The position numbers and the translations under genes are program-made. Positions 26,273 through 40,286 of a DNA stretch of 64,000 nt are shown here, in pieces. This DNA comes from Ignavibacteriota bacterium (GTDB lineage Bacteria > Bacteroidota > Ignavibacteria > UBA10030), in contig OY969585.1 in the NCBI GenBank assembly GCA_963701295.1, forward strand, positions 2,624,001 to 2,688,000, in the 5' to 3' direction. Within the stretch, counting starts at the first letter, position 1. Every line of letters starts with the position of its first letter. The notes under the pieces were generated by a model that was not told where the DNA came from, did not search any database, and saw only the letters and a list, made by a program, of their open reading frames with translations.

Positions 26273-27103
26273 ATGCAGACCATGATGCACCAGTATATCG
26301 ATTCTCACGCACACCTCTTCTATGAAGATTACAAGAGAGATCTTGAGAGCGTTCTGGATCGCGCAAAGGATGTAGGCGTGAAATATTGCATCGTACCAGG
26401 AACTGATTTAAAAAACAGTCGGGAAGCGGTCTTACTGGCTGAGCAGCATGAGAATATTTTTGCATGTATCGGTGTCCATCCGCACGAAGCTGGTCAAGCA
26501 ACGGATAAGGATTTCGGGGAAATAGAAGAACTGTGCAACCATCCGAAAGTACTAGCTATCGGTGAGATAGGTTTGGATTACCATTATGACTTTTCTCCCA
26601 AAGATCGGCAGAAAGAAATATTTACAGAACAAATAAGAATTGCCGTCAGGCGAAATCTGCCGCTCGTTGTGCATACACGGGAATCGACACAGGATGCATT
26701 CGCAATTGTCCAAGAGGCAGTGAAAACTTATCCCGATTGGAAAGAGACCAGAACGACACCTCAGCGAGGAGTATTTCATTGTTTTCCTGGGACTGCAAAA
26801 GAAGCAGAATATCTGCGTGGACTCGGATTTTACGTCTCATATCCAGGAATAGTGACATTTAAGAAATCAGAAAGCATGGAGATCGTGAAACAGATCGGAG
26901 TTTATAATATTCTTCTCGAGACGGACTCTCCTTATATGACACCGATTCCCCTCCGGGGAAAACGAAACGAGCCGGCAAACATCGTGTACATCGGTCGGAA
27001 GATAGCAGAAGCGCTTCATATTACCGAAGAAGAGGTGGCGCGGGTGACAACAGAAAATACAATGCATCTGTTCGGATTGCGCGATAACGAAAAAGAATTT
27101 TAA
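26273..27103 (+). CDS. tatD: TatD family deoxyribonuclease
   Basis: DSHAH, GVHPH, IGEIGLDY, VHTRE, FHCF, LETDSPY, RGKRNEP. Confidence 0.93.
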   Translation: MQTMMHQYIDSHAHLFYEDYKRDLESVLDRAKDVGVKYCIVPGTDLKNSREAVLLAEQHENIFACIGVHPHEAGQATDKDFGEIEELCNHPKVLAIGEIGLDYHYDFSPKDRQKEIFTEQIRIAVRRNLPLVVHTRESTQDAFAIVQEAVKTYPDWKETRTTPQRGVFHCFPGTAKEAEYLRGLGFYVSYPGIVTFKKSESMEIVKQIGVYNILLETDSPYMTPIPLRGKRNEPANIVYIGRKIAEALHITEEEVARVTTENTMHLFGLRDNEKEF

Positions 27104-28020
27104 GGTTTTGTCTTCGTTTCCTGGTAGGTAGATCGATGCTCTTCGTCGTAGTTTGAGAGTCTATCGTACACACTACGGTCAGGGTAGGTCTGGAATACTT
27201 CTGCGATTTCCCTGAACTTTGCATCAAAAAACTGCTTCACAATGACGCTGTTACGGCCTTGCCGGTTTCGTACATCGTTGATAGATTCAAGTGCATTTAG
27301 TATATTGTCTTGCGCCTTTTTCGGTTCCGTAGCGAGCAAATCAATTCCGTCATAATGATAGTTATTCAGTGCGCTACGGAAAGAATCATATTTCATATTC
27401 GTTAATTCATCCGAAATGCCGAACTTGCTGTAACTGGCGGAAGTTTGTTTCCAGTCATTCGCTGATGCGGAGTTCGATGCAAGTCGGACAATATTTATCG
27501 CTTTTTGAAAGCATGAATTTCCGGACATGGGAATATATGTTTCCAGATCATATCCAATAATGATATATGCGTAAAAATCAAGAAAACCGGTTAATGGATC
27601 GAAAATCATTTCATCATGATTCATCCGTTGGTTGGGCATGTAAGGGAATTCCCAATTGTTATCCGCTATTCGTAAAATAGGTGTTGTACGATCCGATATT
27701 TCATCTCTGATATAAACAGGGCGCTGACTGGCGATGACGACTTGCACCTGATAGCGATTATCGCTTGTCCCGCTCTTGAAGGAGATTTCCATATTACAAG
27801 AGATTTTTTCTCCATTGAGGTCTTCATTGGTAAAACGTGTGTTGTTCAAGTAGCGTTCAATGTCGGATGTAAAATTGCGCAGATAATCTCTCTGAGAAGA
27901 TTGAATGCTCTCAATATTATTGATTGTCACTTTACAGTTGAGCTCTTGTGAGATAAGACGGGGTGTTGCAATGAACACGAGAGCGAACAAAAAAACAAAT
28001 ATTCGTTTCATAGGAGACAC
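27100..28020 (-). CDS. DUF4835 family protein (PorD-like, Bacteroidota)
   Basis: signal peptide then QELNCKVTIN; FYAYIIIGYD; FFDAK. Confidence 0.8.
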   Translation of the reverse strand: MSPMKRIFVFLFALVFIATPRLISQELNCKVTINNIESIQSSQRDYLRNFTSDIERYLNNTRFTNEDLNGEKISCNMEISFKSGTSDNRYQVQVVIASQRPVYIRDEISDRTTPILRIADNNWEFPYMPNQRMNHDEMIFDPLTGFLDFYAYIIIGYDLETYIPMSGNSCFQKAINIVRLASNSASANDWKQTSASYSKFGISDELTNMKYDSFRSALNNYHYDGIDLLATEPKKAQDNILNALESINDVRNRQGRNSVIVKQFFDAKFREIAEVFQTYPDRSVYDRLSNYDEEHRSTYQETKTKP

Positions 28021-28025
28021 TTTCC

Positions 28026-28892
28026 ATGTATGTGCACAGGAAATATAGCCAATTTCTACTGCCTCAGCAAGGGAAAAGGATAGGTGCTCTATGCTTCATC
28101 TGCTTGCTGGCTGGGACATCATATCTTCATTCAATAGAAAATAATGGTCGAGGCACAAAGGCTGTTGGGATGGCGAACGCCTTCGTCGCAGTCTCGGATA
28201 ATCTTTGGGCAATCAATTACAATCCAGCTGGACTTACCCAAATCGCAGGTATTCAATGCTCTGCTTTTATCATTCCTAATCAATTCGGCTTACCTGAGTT
28301 GCGGACATCAGCTTTTGCAGCGGCTGTGCCATTCTCCTTTGCTACGTTTGCATGTAAAGCGGAGAAATTCGGTTTTGATTTATATAAAGAAACCGAAGTT
28401 GGAATGGCCTGTGCCTTAAAGCTTGATCAAAATATTTCAGGGGGATTAACACTTAATCTTCATCGTCTCGATATTGTTCGCTATGGTAGTACACAAAATG
28501 TCATTCTCAATGGAGGGATCCTTGCCTATGCCCTTAAGAATGTGAAGGTTGGTTTCAATTTCAACAACATGATGGGGGCAACTGTCGGGAAGCTGAGTGA
28601 GAAAATACCACAACTGTTTGCTCTCGGCTCTTGCTGGTCTCCGCTTGATGATTTACTCGTCTCACTGGAGATGGAAAAAGATATCCGCTATCCTGCAAGT
28701 ATAAAATGGGGTATTGAACAAGTGGTGTTTGGTGTGCTGGCGTTTCATGCAGGAGTGGCAAATAATCCGGAGAAGTATTCAGCAGGAATTGGCGTGAAAT
28801 ATTCTTTTTTTGAATTTGGATATGCAGGCTATAGCCACATCGATCTTGGCTGGACTCACCAGATCGAAATATCTTTCAAACTCGACAATTAA
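28026..28892 (+). CDS. PorV/PorQ/FadL-like outer membrane beta-barrel protein
   Basis: GTKAVGMANAFVA...NYNPAGL hatch motif; C-terminal HIDLGWTHQIEISF. Confidence 0.7.
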   Translation: MYVHRKYSQFLLPQQGKRIGALCFICLLAGTSYLHSIENNGRGTKAVGMANAFVAVSDNLWAINYNPAGLTQIAGIQCSAFIIPNQFGLPELRTSAFAAAVPFSFATFACKAEKFGFDLYKETEVGMACALKLDQNISGGLTLNLHRLDIVRYGSTQNVILNGGILAYALKNVKVGFNFNNMMGATVGKLSEKIPQLFALGSCWSPLDDLLVSLEMEKDIRYPASIKWGIEQVVFGVLAFHAGVANNPEKYSAGIGVKYSFFEFGYAGYSHIDLGWTHQIEISFKLDN

Positions 28893-28898
28893 CAAGGC

Positions 28899-30917
28899 AT
28901 GCGTCGCACATTCTTTTTATTCTTAGCCTTTGGTGTCCCCGTGACACTCGGCGCACAAAAGTTGCAATCAGTGGATACTTTGAAAGTTTCAAAAGATGTT
29001 CCATGGGAGAAACTATTTGAGACAGGAACTGAAGACGAAGAAAATTCTTCCGTCGTTGACGAAGCTACAGAGCTTGAAGATAATCCACTTAATCTTAACA
29101 TGGCGCCCTTAGAGGAACTTCATCGTATTCCTTTCATGACCAATGTGGTCGCCTCTCGAATTGTTGTAAGACGAAAGCTTGCACCATTTACTTCTTTAGA
29201 CGAGCTGGCAACCATCGAAGGTGTAACACCGGAAATGCTTTCTTTCATTCGACTATATGCGCAGATATGGAAGATGAAGGAAACATCAAATGTGGCAGGA
29301 GTATTCCTCAGCAGAATGTCGACCGAAATAGAAAAACGAAAAGGATTTGTAAATAATGCATATCTAGGCTCGCCAATTAAAATCCTCAATAAGTTTCGTA
29401 TAGCGGCCGGCGACAAAAAATCTCCGCTGACATCAGCAATATCAACGATAGAGGCCGGAGCCTTAACAGAAAAAGATCCAGGCGAACAAAGTCTCACAAA
29501 TTTTTCAAGCGGTTTTGGATGCATATCTATACCAGAATTCTCAACGCAGTTGATTATTGGCAATTATCAAGTTGAGGCAGCCGAAGGATTAATCTTGTGG
29601 CGCGCATCTGCATTTTCAAAAGGGAGCGACGTTATTGCTCCTACACGTAAAAATGGCAGCGGAATTTATCCATACCTCTCAACTGATGAAAATTCTTTCC
29701 TACGGGGAATCGCAGTGTCCTTGGAATTCGGTTCCGTGCAGTTTCAGATGTTTTATTCGAATAAACCGGTCAATGCGACGATAGATTCACTCGGTCAAAT
29801 ATCCAGTATCGACCAAAGCGGATTGTTCCGAACAGAGAGTGAAGTACGCAAACAGAAATCGACTCGCGAGACCATGATCGGCTGTCGTGCAATTGCACAT
29901 CTTTGTGAAGGATTGAAGATCGGCGCAACGGCTTATCGCACACATTTTAAAAATCCTTTAATACTGAAAAATGAAAATGGTGAGACGACTTCTCGGCTCT
30001 GGATGCAGGGAATGGATATTTCGTACACGAACCGAAAGGTTGATTTGTTCACAGAACTTGCTGTGGATCGGGCACATGAAATTGCGATGATTGGCGGTTT
30101 GACTTATGAACCGATAACGTCGCTCTCGCTTTCATTGGTAGCAAGAAAATATCCATCAGAATTTCAGAGTATTCACGGAAATGCATTTGGTGAATCCGGC
30201 AGGGATGTTCAAAACGAAAATGGTGTGTACGTTGGAGTAAGGTTGCAACCGATTGATTGGATTAGGATCTCAACGTACTACGATCAATTTGATCATCCTC
30301 AACCCACTCAGTTTATTCCCGCTTCATCACATGGCAACGATTTCCTTGCGCTTGCAGAATGTCAAATAACAAATATGTACGAACTTGCATTTCGCTTCAA
30401 AAGAAAAGAATCACCATCTACAATAGATGAGTGCGATTTGTACAGCAGAATGATGAAACAAATTATTCCATGCATTCAGGAAAATTATCGATTGACGAGC
30501 GAATTGATCTCGTCATCTTCTGTCCATTTATCGAACAGAATAGAGTGGGCAAAAGTAACGTACGCCGGGATGAAGAAATCGGAACATGGTTTACTGCTCT
30601 CACAAACTATTCAATCTACATTGTTTCACTCACTGGCACTTCGAGCGAGGGTAGCTATATTCGAGACGGATTCATATGATTCACGGATGTATGAGTACGA
30701 AGACGACCTTCCCTGTGCATCATCCAATCCGGCACTGTATGGCCGCGGCTTACGATGGTATCTTATTCTCCAATATAACATCTTCCTAAAAAGTGATATC
30801 GGCGTAAAATATTCTCAGACTATCAAAGATGGTGTTACGTCTGTGGGTTCTGGCCTTGATGAAATAGAGGGGAATACTCAATCGCTATTGACTATGCAAT
30901 TAGATGTTCGATTCTAA
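28899..30917 (+). CDS. helix-hairpin-helix (ComEA-like) domain fused to outer membrane beta-barrel
   Basis: PLNLNMAPLEELHRIP...FTSLDELATIEGV HhH; EKDPGE; ETDSYDSRMYEYE; terminal QLDVRF. Confidence 0.78.
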   Translation: MRRTFFLFLAFGVPVTLGAQKLQSVDTLKVSKDVPWEKLFETGTEDEENSSVVDEATELEDNPLNLNMAPLEELHRIPFMTNVVASRIVVRRKLAPFTSLDELATIEGVTPEMLSFIRLYAQIWKMKETSNVAGVFLSRMSTEIEKRKGFVNNAYLGSPIKILNKFRIAAGDKKSPLTSAISTIEAGALTEKDPGEQSLTNFSSGFGCISIPEFSTQLIIGNYQVEAAEGLILWRASAFSKGSDVIAPTRKNGSGIYPYLSTDENSFLRGIAVSLEFGSVQFQMFYSNKPVNATIDSLGQISSIDQSGLFRTESEVRKQKSTRETMIGCRAIAHLCEGLKIGATAYRTHFKNPLILKNENGETTSRLWMQGMDISYTNRKVDLFTELAVDRAHEIAMIGGLTYEPITSLSLSLVARKYPSEFQSIHGNAFGESGRDVQNENGVYVGVRLQPIDWIRISTYYDQFDHPQPTQFIPASSHGNDFLALAECQITNMYELAFRFKRKESPSTIDECDLYSRMMKQIIPCIQENYRLTSELISSSSVHLSNRIEWAKVTYAGMKKSEHGLLLSQTIQSTLFHSLALRARVAIFETDSYDSRMYEYEDDLPCASSNPALYGRGLRWYLILQYNIFLKSDIGVKYSQTIKDGVTSVGSGLDEIEGNTQSLLTMQLDVRF

Positions 30918-30988
30918 AGTATTTCAAAGAGAACACTTTTTAAGGATAACCATTCTCGATAATCCTTAAGTATATTGGTTTGCTTACA

Positions 30989-31017
30989 TTGCAATCTCAT
31001 CGAAAAAAGGGTATATT
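30989..31017 (+). promoter_or_regulatory. putative sigma70 promoter of secA
   Basis: TTGCAA-17 nt-TATATT ending 35 nt upstream of the ATG. Confidence 0.5.
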
Positions 31018-31052
31018 TTCACCGAAACTTGTGTAATGATTAAGGTAAAAGT

Positions 31053-34501
<3,449 letters not shown>

Positions 34502-34599
34502 GGGGAATCGGCATCGTTTCATGTATAGTGTGAGTGATATGTAGAAATTATTTTCGGCGTTCTGTCAGTGAAAGACAGAACGCTTTTTTGTCTTGAGAA

Positions 34600-35505
34600 A
34601 TGGAAGAAATTAAAACAAAATATAAAGCGGGGTATGTTGCAATTGTGGGTGAACCCAATGTGGGAAAATCCACGCTTCTCAATGCATTGCTGGATCAAAA
34701 GATTTCGATTGTAACGAACAAACCGCAGACAACGCGTCAGCGTGTTTTGGGCATTCTCAGTCGAGAAGATGTACAAATTATTTTTTTAGATACACCCGGA
34801 CTGCTTAAGCCAAAATATCTTCTGCACAAAGAAATGGTCAAGCATGCTGAAAGCGCTCTTGCAGATGCAGATATTATTCTTGTGATGATCGATGTATCGC
34901 GAAAGACGGACCTGCCGCAAGAAGTGAGTATGCGCGTTCTGCCACTGTGTAAGACCAAACCTGTATTTCTGGTTATAAACAAAGTAGACAAGGCAAACAA
35001 AGTAGAATTGCTGCCCATCATTCAAACATTTGCTCAGGAAAAACAATTCAAGGAAATTATTCCCATCTCCGCTCTCAAACGAGACAATCTTGATGCAATT
35101 CTAAGAATGATTATCCAATATTTACCAGAACACGAAGCATTCTATCCTAAAGATATTGTGAGCGAATATCCTGAACGCTTTTTTGTTGCAGAGTTTATCA
35201 GAGAAAAACTTTTCGAGAAGTTCCGGGAAGAAATTCCTTATTCCACTGCAGTAGAGATTCGTGATTTTAAGGAACGTGAAAAAGGCAAGACACTCATCAA
35301 TGCAGATATTATTGTAGAGCGTGATTCACAAAAAGGTATCGTCATAGGTAAAAAAGGAGAAGCACTCAAGGAAATCGGAACTGAGGCACGCAAAGAAATT
35401 GAGGACTTTTTGCAGCATGAAGTATTCCTTGAGCTTCATGTAAAGGTACGTGAAAAGTGGCGTGAAAATGAGACGATCATTCGTCAACTCGGTTATCACA
35501 GCTAA
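34600..35505 (+). CDS. era: GTPase Era
   Basis: GEPNVGKS, QTTR, DTPG, NKVD, KH domain SQKGIVIGKKG. Confidence 0.96.
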   Translation: MEEIKTKYKAGYVAIVGEPNVGKSTLLNALLDQKISIVTNKPQTTRQRVLGILSREDVQIIFLDTPGLLKPKYLLHKEMVKHAESALADADIILVMIDVSRKTDLPQEVSMRVLPLCKTKPVFLVINKVDKANKVELLPIIQTFAQEKQFKEIIPISALKRDNLDAILRMIIQYLPEHEAFYPKDIVSEYPERFFVAEFIREKLFEKFREEIPYSTAVEIRDFKEREKGKTLINADIIVERDSQKGIVIGKKGEALKEIGTEARKEIEDFLQHEVFLELHVKVREKWRENETIIRQLGYHS

Positions 35506-35524
35506 GATTGAAAGAGTTGGACAG

Positions 35525-36436
35525 ATGTCGCTGCGTTTAAAAATCTATTCTGGCTTTCTTATCATTTGTCTTCTCTGGGGTTCATCCTGGGCAGCGGTGA
35601 AGCTCGGTCTTGAAACTGTTCCGCCATTTCTCTCTCTGGGAGTCAGGTTCTCTATCGCAAGTATTATTCTCGGACTGGTTATTCTCGTGCGGCGTTTAGA
35701 TGTTCCGACAGATAAAAAATTCTGGAAGCTAGTGTTGATTCTTTGTAGTACATCGTTCACCATTCCTTTTGTATTGATTTACTGGGCGCAAATCAAGGTG
35801 AACTCAGGACTTGCGTCTGTTCTCTTCGCTACGTTCCCATTTTGGGTTGCAATCCTTTCACATTTCTTTCTTCCCGATGAACGAATTACGTCTCAACGCA
35901 TCGTGGGAATGGTTCTTGGGTTCCTTGGAGTTATCGTCATCTTCAACAATGGTTTTTCAAGTGTGAGCAGTTCAACGTTTTTAGGTATGATTGCAATCAT
36001 CATTGGAGCAATCATTCAAGCATATGGATTGGTTGCTTTACGACGATTTGGCAAGCAAATGCATCCGGTCATGCTTAATTTTTGGCCGATATTATTGAGT
36101 TCAATCGTTCTGTTTGCCGTCAGTATTGGTAGTGAGGATTATTCCAGAGTTCTATTTGACATGAAGGCAGTAGGATCGATCGTCTATCTTTCCATTTTTT
36201 GCACAGTTGTTACATTTGTTATTTACTTTTGGTTGGTTAAGCACATCGAAGCAGTCATCCTCTCTCTCTCTGCATTCATCACTCCGGTGATAGCGGTATT
36301 CATCGGTGTTATTATGATGGGAGAAGGATTTACATCAACGGCATATATAGGCTCATCGATTGTTCTCATAGGCGTTGCAGTTGCGACCATTGGTGATCTC
36401 GTTGCTGTCTACCGCCGCAAAATGAGTGAAACATAA
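35525..36436 (+). CDS. EamA/DMT family transporter
   Basis: LWGSSW...PPF...RF; about 10 TM helices. Confidence 0.9.
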   Translation: MSLRLKIYSGFLIICLLWGSSWAAVKLGLETVPPFLSLGVRFSIASIILGLVILVRRLDVPTDKKFWKLVLILCSTSFTIPFVLIYWAQIKVNSGLASVLFATFPFWVAILSHFFLPDERITSQRIVGMVLGFLGVIVIFNNGFSSVSSSTFLGMIAIIIGAIIQAYGLVALRRFGKQMHPVMLNFWPILLSSIVLFAVSIGSEDYSRVLFDMKAVGSIVYLSIFCTVVTFVIYFWLVKHIEAVILSLSAFITPVIAVFIGVIMMGEGFTSTAYIGSSIVLIGVAVATIGDLVAVYRRKMSET

Positions 36437-36502
36437 AAAAGAATAATAGTCAAAGTTACACCTATGGTAGCAAAATAGTTTTTATAACATATGCGATGGT
36501 AA

Positions 36503-38398
36503 TTGATAATGAACCCAGTGAATGAAACAACATTCACACTCGCTGTAAAAGATCTTTCCTTAATCGAAAAGCTTGATGCTCTTCCAACCAGACCTGGTGT
36601 GTACCAATTCAAGAACAACGACGGAAAAGTTATTTATATAGGTAAAGCACAGAATTTGCGCAATCGAGTTCGCCAGTACTTCCACAAATCACGAGTAACT
36701 GACACGCGGATTGACGCAATGGTTGACAAAATTGTTGATGTAGAGCTTACTGTCACCGACAGCGAAATTGAAGCGCTTATTCTTGAAGCCAACCTTATCA
36801 AACAGCTGAAACCGCGTTATAATGTCGTACTCAAAGACGATAAGAGCTATCCCTATATCGCTCTTACGAAAGAATTGTATCCTCGTGTGTTTGTTACGAG
36901 AAGGAAAACTCCTGGATATCGTTACTTCGGACCATACACCGATGTGAAAGCGATGCGGAGTGCACTGAAAACTATACGCGATATATTTATGATTCGAAGC
37001 TGTAATTATGATCTCACGGAATCTTCTATTTCACAAAATAAATTCAAAATTTGTCTCGATTATCACATCAAAAAATGTGAAGGACCATGTGAAGGATATG
37101 TAACACGGGACCATTACAATGCATTGATCGATCAGGCGGCACAAGTGCTTCGCGGAAAGACTAAAAGCGTGACAGAAGTATTGAAGAAGGAAATGGTTAT
37201 GCTTGCGGAGCTGACAAAGTATGAAGAAGCTGCATCTGTACGTAACCGCATCAATGCACTCAAAGTGTATTCGGAGAGGCAGAAAATCGTCGATTCAACT
37301 GAAGCGGATCGGGATATTGTCGCACTTGTTTCCAAAGAGGATGATGCATGTGCTGTTATCTTTAAGGTTCGAGATGGAAAGATGATTGGTAGTCAACACA
37401 TCTATCTTTCTAATATTACCGGAAAATATTTTAGTGATCTCCTTGAAGTAGTTCTTGAACGGTACTACCTTGATCAAGAGGATATACCAACCGATTTGTT
37501 CTTATCTGATGAGCTGGAGAACAGAGATATCATTAAAGAATGGCTCCGGAAACAGAGCGGTCATGAGGTCAATGTTGAAATTCCAAAGTCAGGAGATAAG
37601 GCAAAACTTGTAGCACTTGTGCGCGCCAACGCGCAGTTTTGGTTAGATGAATTGGAATTGACAAAAATTAAACGTGGAGATATTCTCCCTCATTCGCTCG
37701 AAGCACTTCAAAGAGATCTTCGACTTCCTTTTCCCCCACGAAGAATCGAATGTTTCGATATATCAAATATCCAAGAAACAGATACCGTTGCCTCTATGGT
37801 GGTCTTTGTGGATGGCAAGCCGAAGAAAAGCGAATATCGGAAATTCAAAATACATTCCATCGAAGTACAAAATGATTTTGCGAGTATGCAGGAAGTAGTA
37901 ACGCATAGGTATGAGAAACTCCTTCGAGAAAACGAAGAACTTCCCAATTTGATTATGGTTGATGGAGGTAAAGGGCAACTCTCAAGTGCAGTGGAAGTAC
38001 TACATTCTTTAGGATTGAAAACTATACCAATACTTGGATTAGCGAAAAAACTTGAAGAGGTGTTCTTGCCCCGTCAGAGCGAACCTGTTCAGCTACCCCG
38101 AACATCATCTGGTCTGCGGCTTTTGCAGCAAATCAGAGACGAAGCACATCGTTTTGCCATAACATATCATAGAGTTGTGCGTTCAAAACGAATACTTCAG
38201 ACAGAGTTAGATTTGATCAAAGGCGTAGGAAAGAAGAGAGCGGGGGAATTGCTTGAAGTATTCGGTTCAGTACAAGGTGTAAAGTTTGCCACAGAGGAAC
38301 AACTTGCAGAAATTGTTGGCGAAGCAGTCGCAAAGAGGATTTTAGAATATTTCGATCTTGCGGAAAAAGGAAAAACAGTGAATGGAACTTTATCATAA
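36503..38398 (+). CDS. uvrC: excinuclease ABC subunit C
   Basis: PGVYQF..IYIGKA (GIY-YIG), KDDKSYPY, ECFDIS, DGGKGQ, RDEAHRFA, HhH tail. Confidence 0.97.
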   Translation: MIMNPVNETTFTLAVKDLSLIEKLDALPTRPGVYQFKNNDGKVIYIGKAQNLRNRVRQYFHKSRVTDTRIDAMVDKIVDVELTVTDSEIEALILEANLIKQLKPRYNVVLKDDKSYPYIALTKELYPRVFVTRRKTPGYRYFGPYTDVKAMRSALKTIRDIFMIRSCNYDLTESSISQNKFKICLDYHIKKCEGPCEGYVTRDHYNALIDQAAQVLRGKTKSVTEVLKKEMVMLAELTKYEEAASVRNRINALKVYSERQKIVDSTEADRDIVALVSKEDDACAVIFKVRDGKMIGSQHIYLSNITGKYFSDLLEVVLERYYLDQEDIPTDLFLSDELENRDIIKEWLRKQSGHEVNVEIPKSGDKAKLVALVRANAQFWLDELELTKIKRGDILPHSLEALQRDLRLPFPPRRIECFDISNIQETDTVASMVVFVDGKPKKSEYRKFKIHSIEVQNDFASMQEVVTHRYEKLLRENEELPNLIMVDGGKGQLSSAVEVLHSLGLKTIPILGLAKKLEEVFLPRQSEPVQLPRTSSGLRLLQQIRDEAHRFAITYHRVVRSKRILQTELDLIKGVGKKRAGELLEVFGSVQGVKFATEEQLAEIVGEAVAKRILEYFDLAEKGKTVNGTLS

Positions 38399-38453
38399 GC
38401 GCGATGAATCATAAATTGCGAATCGAATGAAATAATTGTAAGTTACCACTAGT

Positions 38454-40286
38454 ATGAGTCCATTAAAGACTTTTCTTCGTCTTCTGAAATATTTCCTTAA
38501 GTATAAATGGCGGATTGCAGCCGGTCTTATATCTGTCGCCATCATGAGTTCTTCGGATACAGCGTCGGCATATTTAATTGCGCGACTTTTCGAAACCCTC
38601 CAAACCATTGGTCAACAAGTGCGATCAGGCCAAGAGATTCTCGTACCTATCCCTTTGAAAGTGTTTGATCATCTCATTTATTCCTTCACTGTTCATGGAA
38701 AAGATGAAAGTTTTCAACTTATTTACAGATTTGCTGTTGTCGTTATCGTTATTATTCTTGTAAAGGTGACTTTTGTCTACATTCGCGAATATGTCATGAG
38801 TTCTGTTCAGCAAAAGATATTAGTGCGATTCCGCGTTGATCTCTTCGATCGAATCATTGCTTTACCTATCCGTTATTTTGATGAGAATAAGACGGGCTAT
38901 ATTATGTCGCGCATTACGAATGATGTGAACAATCTCGAGCAATCATTAAATCTCATCATTGAAATCGCTCAAAACCTCGTCTATACATGCGTTTTCGCCA
39001 CTGCGCTTTTTTTCACAAATTGGAAATTGACTGTTGTCACGATAATTATATTCGCGCTTTCTGGAGAAATATCGCGAAAATTTGGTGATCAAATTCGGAA
39101 GCACAGTCATGATCTTACAAATACTCTTGCAGATATTTCGGCATTTTTGCAGGAGCGAATAGCAGCAATACGAATCGTTAAATCATTCACACGAGAAGAG
39201 GAAGAGAAGAGGGTATTCCGAAACAAAGTTGGTAGCAACTATCATTTTTCGATGAAGATTGTACGTGTTATTGCACTCTTAAGTCCAACCAATGAACTGT
39301 TCAATACAACTGCTGCATCATTGCTCGTAATCTTTTCTGGGTACCTTTTTATCACCGGAACGATGACAATAGAAACGATGATCTTTTTTCTTATTCTCAT
39401 GATCAATTTAGCGAAACCGGTGAAAGCATTGGGCGAGAGTGCGGCACGGATTCAAAAGACACTCGTTTCTGCGGGTTATATTTTTGAAATCCTTGATCTG
39501 CCGAAAGAAATGAACCAGAAGTGTGCTCTTTCAATCATCATCACAGAAGGTAAGGTTGAATTTCGAAACGTGTCATTCGCTTATACAGGAGACATTCAAG
39601 CGCTCAAAGAGGTGAATCTGAGTGTTGCTTCAGGTGAAAAAGTTGCACTTGTGGGACCGAGCGGCGGAGGGAAAAGTACATTGGTCAACTTGATCCCACG
39701 GTTCTATGAATTGTCTGAAGGTGCTATCTTTGTTGATGGGATGAATATTCAAGATATCGATCTCTTCGCGCTGAGAAGTCAAATTGCCGTTGTACCGCAA
39801 GATGTCATACTATTTTCGGGTACAATCTTTGAGAATATTCATTATGGCAGACTCGAAGCACAGCACAATGAAGTTATTGAAGCGGCGATGGCTGCCAATG
39901 CACATGTGTTTATCGAGAAACTAGAAAAGGGTTACTATACTGAAGTAGGTGAACGAGGACTTCAACTTTCGGGCGGTCAGAGGCAAAGGATTGCGATTGC
40001 TCGTGCGATTCTTCGTAATCCAAGAATCCTCTTATTGGATGAAGCGACATCTGCACTCGATACTGAGTCCGAACTCATGGTACAAGAAGCACTTGATCGG
40101 CTTATGGAAGGAAGAACTTCGTTCATTATTGCCCATCGGTTATCAACGATTGCACATTGTGACCGCATTGTTGTCATTGATTCGGGCCGGATCGTGGAAG
40201 TCGGAACACATGATGAGCTTCTCAGAATAGAAAGCGGATTGTACCGGCGTTTGCATTCTCTTCAATTTGCCGACAATTCCGCTTGA
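38454..40286 (+). CDS. MsbA-like ABC exporter (permease + ATPase)
   Basis: TM domain; GPSGGGKS, LSGGQRQR, LLLDEATSALD; upstream of LPS genes. Confidence 0.9.
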   Translation: MSPLKTFLRLLKYFLKYKWRIAAGLISVAIMSSSDTASAYLIARLFETLQTIGQQVRSGQEILVPIPLKVFDHLIYSFTVHGKDESFQLIYRFAVVVIVIILVKVTFVYIREYVMSSVQQKILVRFRVDLFDRIIALPIRYFDENKTGYIMSRITNDVNNLEQSLNLIIEIAQNLVYTCVFATALFFTNWKLTVVTIIIFALSGEISRKFGDQIRKHSHDLTNTLADISAFLQERIAAIRIVKSFTREEEEKRVFRNKVGSNYHFSMKIVRVIALLSPTNELFNTTAASLLVIFSGYLFITGTMTIETMIFFLILMINLAKPVKALGESAARIQKTLVSAGYIFEILDLPKEMNQKCALSIIITEGKVEFRNVSFAYTGDIQALKEVNLSVASGEKVALVGPSGGGKSTLVNLIPRFYELSEGAIFVDGMNIQDIDLFALRSQIAVVPQDVILFSGTIFENIHYGRLEAQHNEVIEAAMAANAHVFIEKLEKGYYTEVGERGLQLSGGQRQRIAIARAILRNPRILLLDEATSALDTESELMVQEALDRLMEGRTSFIIAHRLSTIAHCDRIVVIDSGRIVEVGTHDELLRIESGLYRRLHSLQFADNSA

